Positions 52,743 through 61,273 of a stretch of DNA of 64,000 nt are shown here, piece after piece. The notes beneath the pieces are model-generated. The model saw nothing but the letters and a program-made list of their open reading frames with translations, had not been told where the DNA came from and made no database searches. Origin of the DNA: Candidatus Altimarinota bacterium (GTDB lineage Bacteria; Patescibacteriota; Gracilibacteria; UBA4473); contig JABAZT010000028.1 in the NCBI GenBank assembly GCA_018608565.1, forward strand, positions 1,014-65,013, in the 5' to 3' direction. The position numbers were made by a program, and so were the translations under genes. The number at the start of each line of letters is the position of its first letter. Within the stretch, counting starts at the first letter, position 1.

Positions 52743-53123
52743 CTAAATATCTTCTGAATCCTCAAGCGTCAATACTCGCCCGTCTGGCATTATACAAACT
52801 GGATTCTCTGGATCAGTCCTATCTACTGGTAGCCCTCCCATCACACAAGCCATAAACTTTGTTTCTTTTGTTATATCCATCTTTTTCCAAATCTTCGGGA
52901 TGGTAATACTAAACGTTCTTCCATCAGTACTCGTACATTTTGAAACCTCATTTTCTCCAATGATGATCGTCTTCATCCCTGCAAAGACACAACTTTTGTA
53001 ATCGGCGATTCCCTCTTCTACATGACTCAGTTGTTTGGGAGCGACTGTTTCTGCTGATTCCTGGACCACGTCCCCACAACCAATCATCAAGATACTGAAA
53101 GCCAAAGTGAATAATATTTTCAT
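52743..53123 (-). CDS. Putative lipoprotein with two Cys-containing repeats
   Basis: LMIGC lipobox; repeats C..AG..C.STDGRTF and C..GG..C.MPDGRVL. Confidence 0.7.
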   Translation of the reverse strand: MKILFTLAFSILMIGCGDVVQESAETVAPKQLSHVEEGIADYKSCVFAGMKTIIIGENEVSKCTSTDGRTFSITIPKIWKKMDITKETKFMACVMGGLPVDRTDPENPVCIMPDGRVLTLEDSEDI

Positions 53124-53184
53124 CGTCTAAAAGTTTACCGTAGGAAATTATATTTTCATAAAAAATAATGTACTATCAACTCCG

Positions 53185-53703
53185 ATGCTCCCCTATCGAT
53201 ATATTAAAAATAATCGTGCTAAACATTATAGAATCACTTTAAAGGCTGATCATATCCGTGTTACTATTCCTCGATATGGATCAAAACGACGAGCTGAAGT
53301 TTTTACTGAAAGTAAAAAAGAATGGATAGAAAGTGTGATCAAAAAAAGTGTTCAAAGAAAGATTTACTCTACAGAAGAAATTGAAACTCTGCGAGCTCAA
53401 GCTAAAAACTATATTCCTGAACGAGTTACGAAACTAGCCGAAACCCATGGATTTGTATTCAATGATATCAGAATCAAAAAAATACGAACTCGCTGGGGAA
53501 GTTGTTCGAGGAGAAAGAATCTTAATTTTTCGCTCTATCTAATGCTGGTTGATCATACCTACATCGACTATGTGATTCTTCATGAACTTTCTCACACTGT
53601 GGAGATGAATCATGGACCAAAATTTTGGGCTTTATTAGAGTCTGTTTGCCCAGGTTCAAAAAAACTAGATAGAGAGATGAGAGACTTTTCTAATATGTTT
53701 TAA
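53185..53703 (+). CDS. YgjP/DUF45 (M48-like) metallopeptidase family protein
   Basis: TRWGSCS, IDYVILHELSH..MNHGPKFW. Confidence 0.92.
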   Translation: MLPYRYIKNNRAKHYRITLKADHIRVTIPRYGSKRRAEVFTESKKEWIESVIKKSVQRKIYSTEEIETLRAQAKNYIPERVTKLAETHGFVFNDIRIKKIRTRWGSCSRRKNLNFSLYLMLVDHTYIDYVILHELSHTVEMNHGPKFWALLESVCPGSKKLDREMRDFSNMF

Positions 53704-53732
53704 CAAGCCTTGGAGCAAGTATTTTCTCTCTC

Positions 53733-55403
53733 CTAAAATTCATTAGGAAGGAGCTGCGGAAATAGAAAATCAATAAATTCATCGACCACTTCCGAGGCAT
53801 GCGGGGGAGCAAGTGATGGACGTTCGTTACAGTCTGTAATGGTATAATTTTCAGGCTTTGTAATATCAGGCAATATCAAATCCACCCCCAATACCGCCAT
53901 CCCTAAAGTTCTAGATATATTCTCTGTCACGAGTAGGAGCTCATTAGGAATCGTATCTGTTACGTTCTCTAGGAACTCTCCTGTTTTTAAATTTGGGCTT
54001 TCTCTCAAAAATATTTTTGTGTTTTCCGACGGAATGTCCTCTGGTTTATAGTTTTGAGATTCAATACATCCATAGGTTTCCTTATCTAATGGAATATGCA
54101 TTCCTTCATACATTCCTCCAATTCTACGATTTAGCTTTTCTATCAGTTTTACTACGGTATGACTTCCTGTTCCCAATATATAAGGAACTTCTACCTTCAA
54201 TACAGAGCAAACCTTATAATTTATTACCAAAAACCGATATCGACTTCCCTCCGTAGTTTTCTCAATTAATACCCTGTGACCGTATTTCTGAGCTTTTCTT
54301 AATCCATACTTTAGCTTTGAATTTTCAGATATATTATTGGTGATACCGTAGACTTTTGTCCCCTTCAGCGGTTTTATAACGACATTGGTATGTGCTGCCA
54401 TAAAATTTTTAGCTTCCTGTAGTGTGGAAATTTCTGCTTGAATTGGAACCTTTAAATCCGCGGCGGCTAATACTTTTCGATTTAATTTTCGGTTATCACA
54501 ATACTTGAGCGCAATTGAATTTGTAAACTCTGTCAATGATTCGTAACAAGACAAAGTTCTTCCTCCAAAACCAAGCTCATAAAACCCCGTCTCATCCAAA
54601 ACATTGATAGAGATGCCCCTCTTTCGAGCTGCATCTATTATGACTCGAGAATGAATATTTAATTTTTTTTCTGGTGGAGGTCCAATAAAATAGGGTTCAT
54701 TCAACTCATTTTTGTGTTCTATCACAAAGGTTGGAAGTCGTTTGAATCCTAGTTTTTCATAGAGACTTATGGCCGCTTTATTTTTGGTGGTTACAAGTAA
54801 ATCAAGATATGATTTCTGGTTTTTTCTGGCGGCATGGATCACATACTCAACCAACATTTTTCCGATTCCAGGAATATTGGCACTTGGATTTACCACTACG
54901 CCCCACAGACTGGCTCCATCATCTATGCCTTCATGATTTACTAACGCAGCACAAGCCACGACTCTCCCTGTTTTCTGCTTCTCTACTACGATCCACTCTA
55001 CCGCCTTTTCAAGTAATCCTTCTGCGAGTGCTTCTCCATAAGGATTCATTTGTCGTGCTTCGTATATTCGCTGAACAGTTTCTAGATCCGTCTTAGGATT
55101 ATAGGCTCTAATATTTAGATTTTCACTCTGTGGTGCTGTTGAGATCGCTGAGTTAAGTTCGAGTCGATAGGTATGATAGGGTCCTAAAAAAATCTTGTGA
55201 GGAGATACTGGTAAAACCATATGCGGATCATCTACCAGTACCGCACTATTAACTCGACCAAGAGGTTCTTCGCATACCTCTCTGATCAATAATTCTGGTG
55301 TTTCGTAGTTTTGTGCAAAAATTACTTTCCCCCACCCACAGTCTATATATTTTTTCTCGGGCAAAGGATCAGGCTCGTCATCAGTGGTAGAAATTTGTCT
55401 CAT
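53733..55403 (-). CDS. GNAT + ATP-grasp fusion, N-acetylglutaminylglutamine synthetase (Ngg)-like, divergent
   Basis: IDCGWG, PGIGKML, AISLYEKLGF, KNELNE, ARKRGI, VIKP, GVDL, NERPSL, FIDFLFP. Confidence 0.8.
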   Translation of the reverse strand: MRQISTTDDEPDPLPEKKYIDCGWGKVIFAQNYETPELLIREVCEEPLGRVNSAVLVDDPHMVLPVSPHKIFLGPYHTYRLELNSAISTAPQSENLNIRAYNPKTDLETVQRIYEARQMNPYGEALAEGLLEKAVEWIVVEKQKTGRVVACAALVNHEGIDDGASLWGVVVNPSANIPGIGKMLVEYVIHAARKNQKSYLDLLVTTKNKAAISLYEKLGFKRLPTFVIEHKNELNEPYFIGPPPEKKLNIHSRVIIDAARKRGISINVLDETGFYELGFGGRTLSCYESLTEFTNSIALKYCDNRKLNRKVLAAADLKVPIQAEISTLQEAKNFMAAHTNVVIKPLKGTKVYGITNNISENSKLKYGLRKAQKYGHRVLIEKTTEGSRYRFLVINYKVCSVLKVEVPYILGTGSHTVVKLIEKLNRRIGGMYEGMHIPLDKETYGCIESQNYKPEDIPSENTKIFLRESPNLKTGEFLENVTDTIPNELLLVTENISRTLGMAVLGVDLILPDITKPENYTITDCNERPSLAPPHASEVVDEFIDFLFPQLLPNEF

Positions 55404-55514
55404 TAGACGAACTATAAAGATATGAGTCTATTTTTCAAAACATTGTATTTTTTAACCTAGAAATTTAGTGAAATACGTTGACACTTTGTTCCTTGTAGCT
55501 TAGAAAAAGAAGTA

Positions 55515-56816
55515 ATGAAACAATTCCCTGAAGTTATCGATAAAACTGGAATATTAATTTCAAATAGTTCTTCCCATTTTTTTGATCACTGTAAAAAAAT
55601 AGCCGAAGAGAAGTATTTTCAATTTAATCCTAAGATACTAGCAAGCGCGTCAAAACACCTTCAAGATTTAGTACGAATCCGTAGTGTCACTGGATTTGAA
55701 GGAAAAATATTGCATCATATAACTCAAACTCTTGAGAACTATGATTTGCCACCAGTATTTGATGTAAACGTATATGAACCCAATATTGTAGTTGAATATC
55801 GAGGCGACCCGAAAAATAAAAAATTCACAAGCTTTGTTAGTCATGTAGACACGGTAGATTTTGATGCCAATGAATGGTCTCATGCCCCTGATAGTGGAGA
55901 TCTGATAGAAATAGACGGCGAGTGGAAACTCTATGGTCGGGGATCACTTGATGTAAAACAAGGTTCCGCCGCCTCACTCGCTCTTATCGAAGCTCTTATC
56001 GAACAGCCTGTAGATAAAAATTTTCGATTTGTCTTCTATGAAGGGGAAGAAACGGGAGATCCTACCGGCGCCAGTGCGTTAATACAACAAGGTATTATCA
56101 CTCCAGAAAATACAGATGTAGCGTTTGTTATTGAACCTTCTAAAAAAAATATAATTCATGGTGCTTTTTGTAATATTACGATAGAAGTTCGAGTTGATGG
56201 TATCTCTGGGCACTCTTCTGAACCAGATCATGCGATCAATGCGATTCGAGTTCTTGCTGAAGCCATTGTTGAGATTGATGAGAAATTTGAACGTCCCTCC
56301 ATCCGCCTTGGAGATGAATTATTTGTGAGCACTCTTGCCCCGACCGTTTTTGATACTCCCGATAAATCTACAAATGTGATCAAAGGAACGGCTTCTGCAT
56401 TATTTGATCTTCGACTGGTGCCAAACACCGATCCAGAAGTAGTCCGAAAATCTATTGAGACATTACTTAATTGCGTATGTGCAAGACATGAAGCCGAGTC
56501 TAAATGCACACTCATAAAAACAGAACAAGGAGGCGTCGCCCTCTGGAATGATTCTACCGATTTTGATTCTGATATTATGGCTCCCTGCCAACTACCACGA
56601 AAAGTCTATACACTTGCGAGAGCGTTTAATCTCAAGCCTCTTATTGGTAAGTTTTGGTCAGATCTTGCCACTATGCTCTCTGCGGGAATCCCTGCTGTTA
56701 ATATTGGTGGTGGTCCTATTGAAAGAGCTCATAAAAAAGATGAATATCTTACCATCGAAGAACTAGGAGACCTTATGTCTCAGATGTGTTTCCTGGCTTT
56801 TGACGGATTGGAATAA
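55515..56816 (+). CDS. M20 ArgE/DapE-family deacylase
   Basis: SHVDTV, LYGRGSLDVK, EGEETG, IEPS, GHSSEP..INAI, AHKKDE; TTGACA-17-TAGAAA-8-ATG. Confidence 0.88.
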   Translation: MKQFPEVIDKTGILISNSSSHFFDHCKKIAEEKYFQFNPKILASASKHLQDLVRIRSVTGFEGKILHHITQTLENYDLPPVFDVNVYEPNIVVEYRGDPKNKKFTSFVSHVDTVDFDANEWSHAPDSGDLIEIDGEWKLYGRGSLDVKQGSAASLALIEALIEQPVDKNFRFVFYEGEETGDPTGASALIQQGIITPENTDVAFVIEPSKKNIIHGAFCNITIEVRVDGISGHSSEPDHAINAIRVLAEAIVEIDEKFERPSIRLGDELFVSTLAPTVFDTPDKSTNVIKGTASALFDLRLVPNTDPEVVRKSIETLLNCVCARHEAESKCTLIKTEQGGVALWNDSTDFDSDIMAPCQLPRKVYTLARAFNLKPLIGKFWSDLATMLSAGIPAVNIGGGPIERAHKKDEYLTIEELGDLMSQMCFLAFDGLE

Positions 56817-56923
56817 AAGATTTCAACACCCCCTTTATAGAAGTTTTAATTTTAAATAAAAACCTCTCAGAGCCAGAAGAAGACTGACTACTAAGAGGAG
56901 ATGATTTAAAAAGATGATGTGAT

Positions 56924-57874
56924 CTATTTCCCTATATTTATCAAAGGAATTGGACTCCCCTCTCCTCCTGATCCAAAATAAGTAGCTGGATAGGCTCCGT
57001 CCCATTTTTCAATGGCAGACTTGGCATTTTCGAGTTTTTTAAACTCTAGAATATCTGGAGTAATATCTGTTTGCAGGAGTCTATTAAATTCTCCAATCCC
57101 TTCCCCTTCTAGTATTTTTGCCTGTTTTTCTGCTTCGGCCTTTTTTACTTTTTGCTGCGAACTGATTTCAATTTGTCGGAGTATATATTCTTCTTTTTGA
57201 GCTTTTTGTTCTTCTATTTGTTTTTGTTCAATAGCAGCTTTGAACTGTGCATTGAAGTCAAAGTTTGTAAGATTTATGTCCTCCAGCACTATAAAGTCTT
57301 CTGCAAGTTCAATCGTTAGATATTCTTGAACAAGATTTTTGATCTCTTCTCGTTTTGTTAGTATGTCAGACACCTTATATTTAGCGGTAAAAGTCTTTAC
57401 TGCATCGATCGTTTTTGGAATTACTTTTTTGGATTCATAGTCGAGCCCAATGTCCTGATAAATACTGGCAACTTTTGCTTTGTCGAGATGATAAGTTACT
57501 ACTGCATCTACATATACATCCTGAAGATCAGAACTTGCGGCAAACATAGATCCGTACTCAGTTGCTTTTGCACTCGTAAAAGAGGTTTGTTTATTATAGG
57601 CGAGCTGATTGTTTGATTTATTTACAAATACAATCTTCTGACTTCGTACCGGTATCTGAACTACGTCTTGAAAAATTGGGAGTCTAAAGTGGAGACCCTC
57701 TCCATGGGTACTTGACTGAATCCCTCCACGTAATTTATCAAACACCACCCCAGTATGTCCTGGATCTATAGTTACAAATGGATTGAGTGCGGTAACGACA
57801 AGAATAAGGAGCACTCCTATGGCGATCCACTTAGCGGTACCGAAAAATTGTTGTATGTCTTTCACGAGTGTCAT
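56924..57874 (-). CDS. Prohibitin/SPFH (band 7) family protein
   Basis: N-terminal TM, IDPGHTGVV, GEGLHF, SSDLQ, AAIEQKQI, IEKWDG. Confidence 0.92.
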   Translation of the reverse strand: MTLVKDIQQFFGTAKWIAIGVLLILVVTALNPFVTIDPGHTGVVFDKLRGGIQSSTHGEGLHFRLPIFQDVVQIPVRSQKIVFVNKSNNQLAYNKQTSFTSAKATEYGSMFAASSDLQDVYVDAVVTYHLDKAKVASIYQDIGLDYESKKVIPKTIDAVKTFTAKYKVSDILTKREEIKNLVQEYLTIELAEDFIVLEDINLTNFDFNAQFKAAIEQKQIEEQKAQKEEYILRQIEISSQQKVKKAEAEKQAKILEGEGIGEFNRLLQTDITPDILEFKKLENAKSAIEKWDGAYPATYFGSGGEGSPIPLINIGK

Positions 57875-57938
57875 TTTATTTTGGTGTTTAGAATCTACTT
57901 CTTCTTTATAGAGGTAGTTTTGTGTTTATTCAATTTTT

Positions 57939-57967
57939 TTGACAGAAACTATACGAGGCTCTATAAA
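57939..57967 (+). promoter_or_regulatory. Sigma70-type promoter for the met leader and metA
   Basis: TTGACA(57939)-17-TATAAA(57962); leader ATG 9 nt downstream. Confidence 0.8.
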
Positions 57968-57976
57968 TGACTGTAG

Positions 57977-58036
57977 ATGAAAAACATAAAAGTAATGATG
58001 CCAATGATGATAAACCTTCTACCGAAGGCGAGTTAA
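57977..58036 (+). CDS. Met-rich leader peptide MKNIKVMMPMMINLLPKAS*
   Basis: 19 codons with ATG ATG CCA ATG ATG at codons 7-11, between promoter and terminator, upstream of metA. Confidence 0.85.
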   Translation: MKNIKVMMPMMINLLPKAS

Positions 58037-58064
58037 TTGTTTGTATCTACTACGAATTCTTACT

Positions 58065-58086
58065 CCGCCTTTCTGGCGGTTTTTTT
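58065..58086 (+). terminator. Attenuator terminator upstream of metA
   Basis: CCGCC-tttct-GGCGG-T7; its 5' arm is complementary to AAGGCGAGT (58025-58033) in the leader. Confidence 0.85.
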
Positions 58087-58113
58087 ATTTCTAAATTTAT
58101 TATCTCTCTCCCT

Positions 58114-59058
58114 ATGCCACTGATTATCCCCTCCTCAAACAAACTCCCTATCTATAACTCGCTTGTCTCTGAACGAGTCCATGTAATAGACAAATCTCGA
58201 GCCGAACATCAGGATATCCGTCCACTGAGGATTGGACTCCTCAATCTCATGCCGGCTGCCGTGAGAGAAAAAACTGAGATTCAATTCTTTCGACTCCTCG
58301 GGAACACCCCACTACAGATTGAACCAGTATTGATACGATTTGATGATTTTATTCCGAATACGGGTAAGGAGCGTATGGAAGTTTTTTATGAAAAATTTGT
58401 AGAAGTGAAATCAAAAGGACTTGATGGGCTGATTGTGACAGGTGCAAATCTAGAGACACAAGAAAATGGATTGCTTTTAGATTTTGATCAAATTCATTTT
58501 GTAGATGAATGGAAAAAGATTCTCGACTGGGCGAAAGAATATGTCACTTCCACTATCTATTCGTGTCTTGGTTCTCATTTTGCGTTAGAGCATTTTTATA
58601 AGATTGAACGAGAACATTCTGAACAAAAAATATTTGGAGTTTTCACTCATACGCTCGATCACTCCAATCATCCAGAAATTCTTCGTGGGATGAATGACCA
58701 AGTCCCTGTTCCACACTCTCGATGGGGAAATATACCAATAAAATCTATCAACCATCCTGAGTTACAAATTGTTGCCCAAAATCCTGACTGCGGTTGGCAT
58801 ATGATCCTCGGTCGAAATGGTCGCGAAATCTATCTCCAAGGTCATCCTGAATATGATAGAGAGGATCTAGTCGGAGAATATCTCCGAGACAAAGAAAATG
58901 GTCAGGAAATGCCGCATAATTATTTTCCAAATAATGATGAAACTCAGACTCCCATCTGCAACTGGAAGGCTGATAGCTCCGTTTTCTATCGAAATTGGGT
59001 CAATCATGTCTATCAGACAACCGGATACGATACGACAAAGCCGTTTATGGAGTCGTAG
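58114..59058 (+). CDS. metA: Homoserine O-acyltransferase MetA family (likely acetyl-specific)
   Basis: QDIRPLRIGLLNLMP, TEIQFFRLLGNTPLQ, DGLIVTGANLE (Glu suggests acetyl), catalytic Cys in YSCLG, PHSR, GHPEYD; true start ATG 58114 (MPLIIP). Confidence 0.95.
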   Translation: MPLIIPSSNKLPIYNSLVSERVHVIDKSRAEHQDIRPLRIGLLNLMPAAVREKTEIQFFRLLGNTPLQIEPVLIRFDDFIPNTGKERMEVFYEKFVEVKSKGLDGLIVTGANLETQENGLLLDFDQIHFVDEWKKILDWAKEYVTSTIYSCLGSHFALEHFYKIEREHSEQKIFGVFTHTLDHSNHPEILRGMNDQVPVPHSRWGNIPIKSINHPELQIVAQNPDCGWHMILGRNGREIYLQGHPEYDREDLVGEYLRDKENGQEMPHNYFPNNDETQTPICNWKADSSVFYRNWVNHVYQTTGYDTTKPFMES

Positions 59059-59105
59059 GAAAGATTGAAAAATGAAGGGAAATACAAACTCTTACTTTCT
59101 ACCTC

Positions 59106-60665
59106 TTAATCACTCAATCGATCCCTCCTCCCTTTCTTCAAAAATAACCAAATCCCTAGTAATGGAAGGATCAAGCTCACCCCAATAACGGTAATCATAA
59201 GAAGCCCTAGCTCCGAATAATCCATTGGTGTTATGACTGCTCCAGATGCATCTTTTACTTCTCGAGAGATGATAAAAATCTTGTTCAAATATTTTGTTCC
59301 TAAACTCCCTGCTGTCGTTGCTAGATTCATAAAACTTGCTGCTACTGCAAACCATGTCGCTCTCGAATGTGATGGTGCATAGTAGGCAATAATTGCCAAC
59401 ATGGGGATCATCGAAATATGTAAGATCGGACTATCCCAGGCTTGATCTACAATTGCAACTAGTCGAGGACTAAGCCCTAGCATCTCATGAAACCCATAAA
59501 ATAATCCAAGCTCTGGAAGGCTTAGTATTGCAGTGATAATAGTCAGAAATATAAGTACAGACCGAACTGGTTTAGAGGCAATGAAATTTGCAAAAACCCA
59601 TAAAATAACCAAAGGAACTATAGCACTAATTATCTGAAGCATTCCTATAAACTCTCGATCAAAATTGAATGTATCAATCAACCACCAGGTAGTTCCTGGG
59701 CCAACCGATGGAGTGGCTCTAAATATAAATATAGCCAAAAGTACTAAGAAAATAGTCTTCTTTCGTTGCTTCGTTTCATCCTTGAGAATCCAGAATAAGA
59801 GGTAGACCAATAGTATCGCCGAAACAATAAATGTAAGTTCCTGTGTATAGGGACTGAGTGATTGTAAGATAGTTCCTATAACTCCAGAAGCACTTCCTAC
59901 CATCTTAGACCAAAAAGCCATTAGGAGCATAAAGGCCGCGTAGAGAAGCCCCCCTGTCATGACGGTCTTATTAAATTTCCCATGTTCAGGATGATCTGTT
60001 ATTTCCAGCCTTACAAATAAAGCCCCAAGAATAGAAATCAATGGAATCAATAATGCAATCCATATAATGTTTTGAGGATTTGACTCAAATATAGTGGCTA
60101 ACCATCCAGTCATAAACGCCGCCACTACCCCCGAGATCATAAGACTCAGTCGTCCCAAAATCTGAACCATAGTTAGCTCAGCTCGTATCTGGTCATCAGA
60201 CTTTCCTTCTCGCTCTACTACCTCAGTCGTCATAGTATCAGCTGTCACATCCTGTACTACGAACCCAAACATGAGTAATAAATTGGCGGCAAGATACATC
60301 GTAAACTGATTTCCCATCCAAGTTACCGCTGGATGCTGTACCATCATCCCCATGAGCATCAAATACCCCAAAGAAAGTAATATAGATCCGATGACGATAT
60401 AGGCTTTTCGCTTTGATCCGAAGATCTTGAAATTATCAACTAACTGCCCAAAAATCATCTTGAGCGTCCAAGGCATCGTCACCCAGGCTGATATCATGAT
60501 AAATTCTTCAGTAGAGAGACTTAGATTTTCTTTTTCCCAAAATGTTAGAGTTACACTCGTCACTGTCTGAAATCCATATGCAAAATAGATGAGTAACAAC
60601 GGTATGTATCGAGCTTTCAAGGCACGAATAGGTGTAAGAATTGCAGACGAGATAGTTTGAATCAT
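59106..60665 (-). CDS. Folate/biopterin transporter (BT1) family MFS protein
   Basis: MPWTLKMIFGQLVD..FGSKRKAY, QDVTAD, FRATPSVG, ATWFAVAASFMN; about 12 TM. Confidence 0.82.
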   Translation of the reverse strand: MIQTISSAILTPIRALKARYIPLLLIYFAYGFQTVTSVTLTFWEKENLSLSTEEFIMISAWVTMPWTLKMIFGQLVDNFKIFGSKRKAYIVIGSILLSLGYLMLMGMMVQHPAVTWMGNQFTMYLAANLLLMFGFVVQDVTADTMTTEVVEREGKSDDQIRAELTMVQILGRLSLMISGVVAAFMTGWLATIFESNPQNIIWIALLIPLISILGALFVRLEITDHPEHGKFNKTVMTGGLLYAAFMLLMAFWSKMVGSASGVIGTILQSLSPYTQELTFIVSAILLVYLLFWILKDETKQRKKTIFLVLLAIFIFRATPSVGPGTTWWLIDTFNFDREFIGMLQIISAIVPLVILWVFANFIASKPVRSVLIFLTIITAILSLPELGLFYGFHEMLGLSPRLVAIVDQAWDSPILHISMIPMLAIIAYYAPSHSRATWFAVAASFMNLATTAGSLGTKYLNKIFIISREVKDASGAVITPMDYSELGLLMITVIGVSLILPLLGIWLFLKKGRRDRLSD

Positions 60666-60706
60666 TGATTTTATTCTATCTTTTTTTTTAGTACTGTCAT
60701 GCTTAC

Positions 60707-61270
60707 ATGAAATATATCACCTTATTTTTGACTCTAGTATTTTTATCTGGATGTTCGGGCATGACCGAATTATCACTTGACGACTTTCTTCCGGCTATTG
60801 AAGAATTCATAATTGAACAAAATAGTAGTTCAATAGATGAAGAGTTTTCATATATTTCCATAAATTTTCCACAAAACTGTGATTGGAAACCACTTAAGCG
60901 AGTGGTGGATGGTGATACTATCATTGTAGATCGAGACTTACGAGTTCGTTTTATCGGTATTGATACTCCTGAAACCAAACGAGAAGGCTATCCTGTCCAG
61001 CCCTATGGACTCGAAGCGAGTGCCAAAATGAAAGAACTTCTTAAAGATACCAAAAGAGTCTGCCTTATTGAAGATAGTATCGGGGATAAATATGATCAAT
61101 ATAGTCGTAAACTTGCCTATGTCTTCACTGAAGACGGAGTAGATACCAATGGAGCAATGCTCAAATCAGGACTGGCGCGAGGCTACTTTCGATTTCCGTT
61201 TGATCGGAAGGCGGAATTTCGGTCTTATGAGCGAGAAGCCAAAGATCTGAAGGTTGGGATTTGGGAGTAG
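60707..61270 (+). CDS. Thermonuclease (SNase) family lipoprotein
   Basis: LSGC lipobox, VVDGDTI, VRFIGIDTPE, DQYSRKLAYV, GIW. Confidence 0.92.
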   Translation: MKYITLFLTLVFLSGCSGMTELSLDDFLPAIEEFIIEQNSSSIDEEFSYISINFPQNCDWKPLKRVVDGDTIIVDRDLRVRFIGIDTPETKREGYPVQPYGLEASAKMKELLKDTKRVCLIEDSIGDKYDQYSRKLAYVFTEDGVDTNGAMLKSGLARGYFRFPFDRKAEFRSYEREAKDLKVGIWE

Positions 61271-61273
61271 TAA

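Noticed and set aside
46572-53700. Integrative element at tRNA-Arg
   Set aside because: No integrase and no duplicated tRNA 3' end found downstream
57967-58113. 49-aa N-terminal extension of MetA in the ORF track
   Set aside because: ATG 57967 overlaps the -10 box and the region holds the leader and terminator; MetA homology starts at 58114
57960-58113. SAM riboswitch or T-box upstream of metA
   Set aside because: No SAM-I core or T-box UGGNACC motif recognised, and the region is too short for a T-box; the leader-peptide model fits
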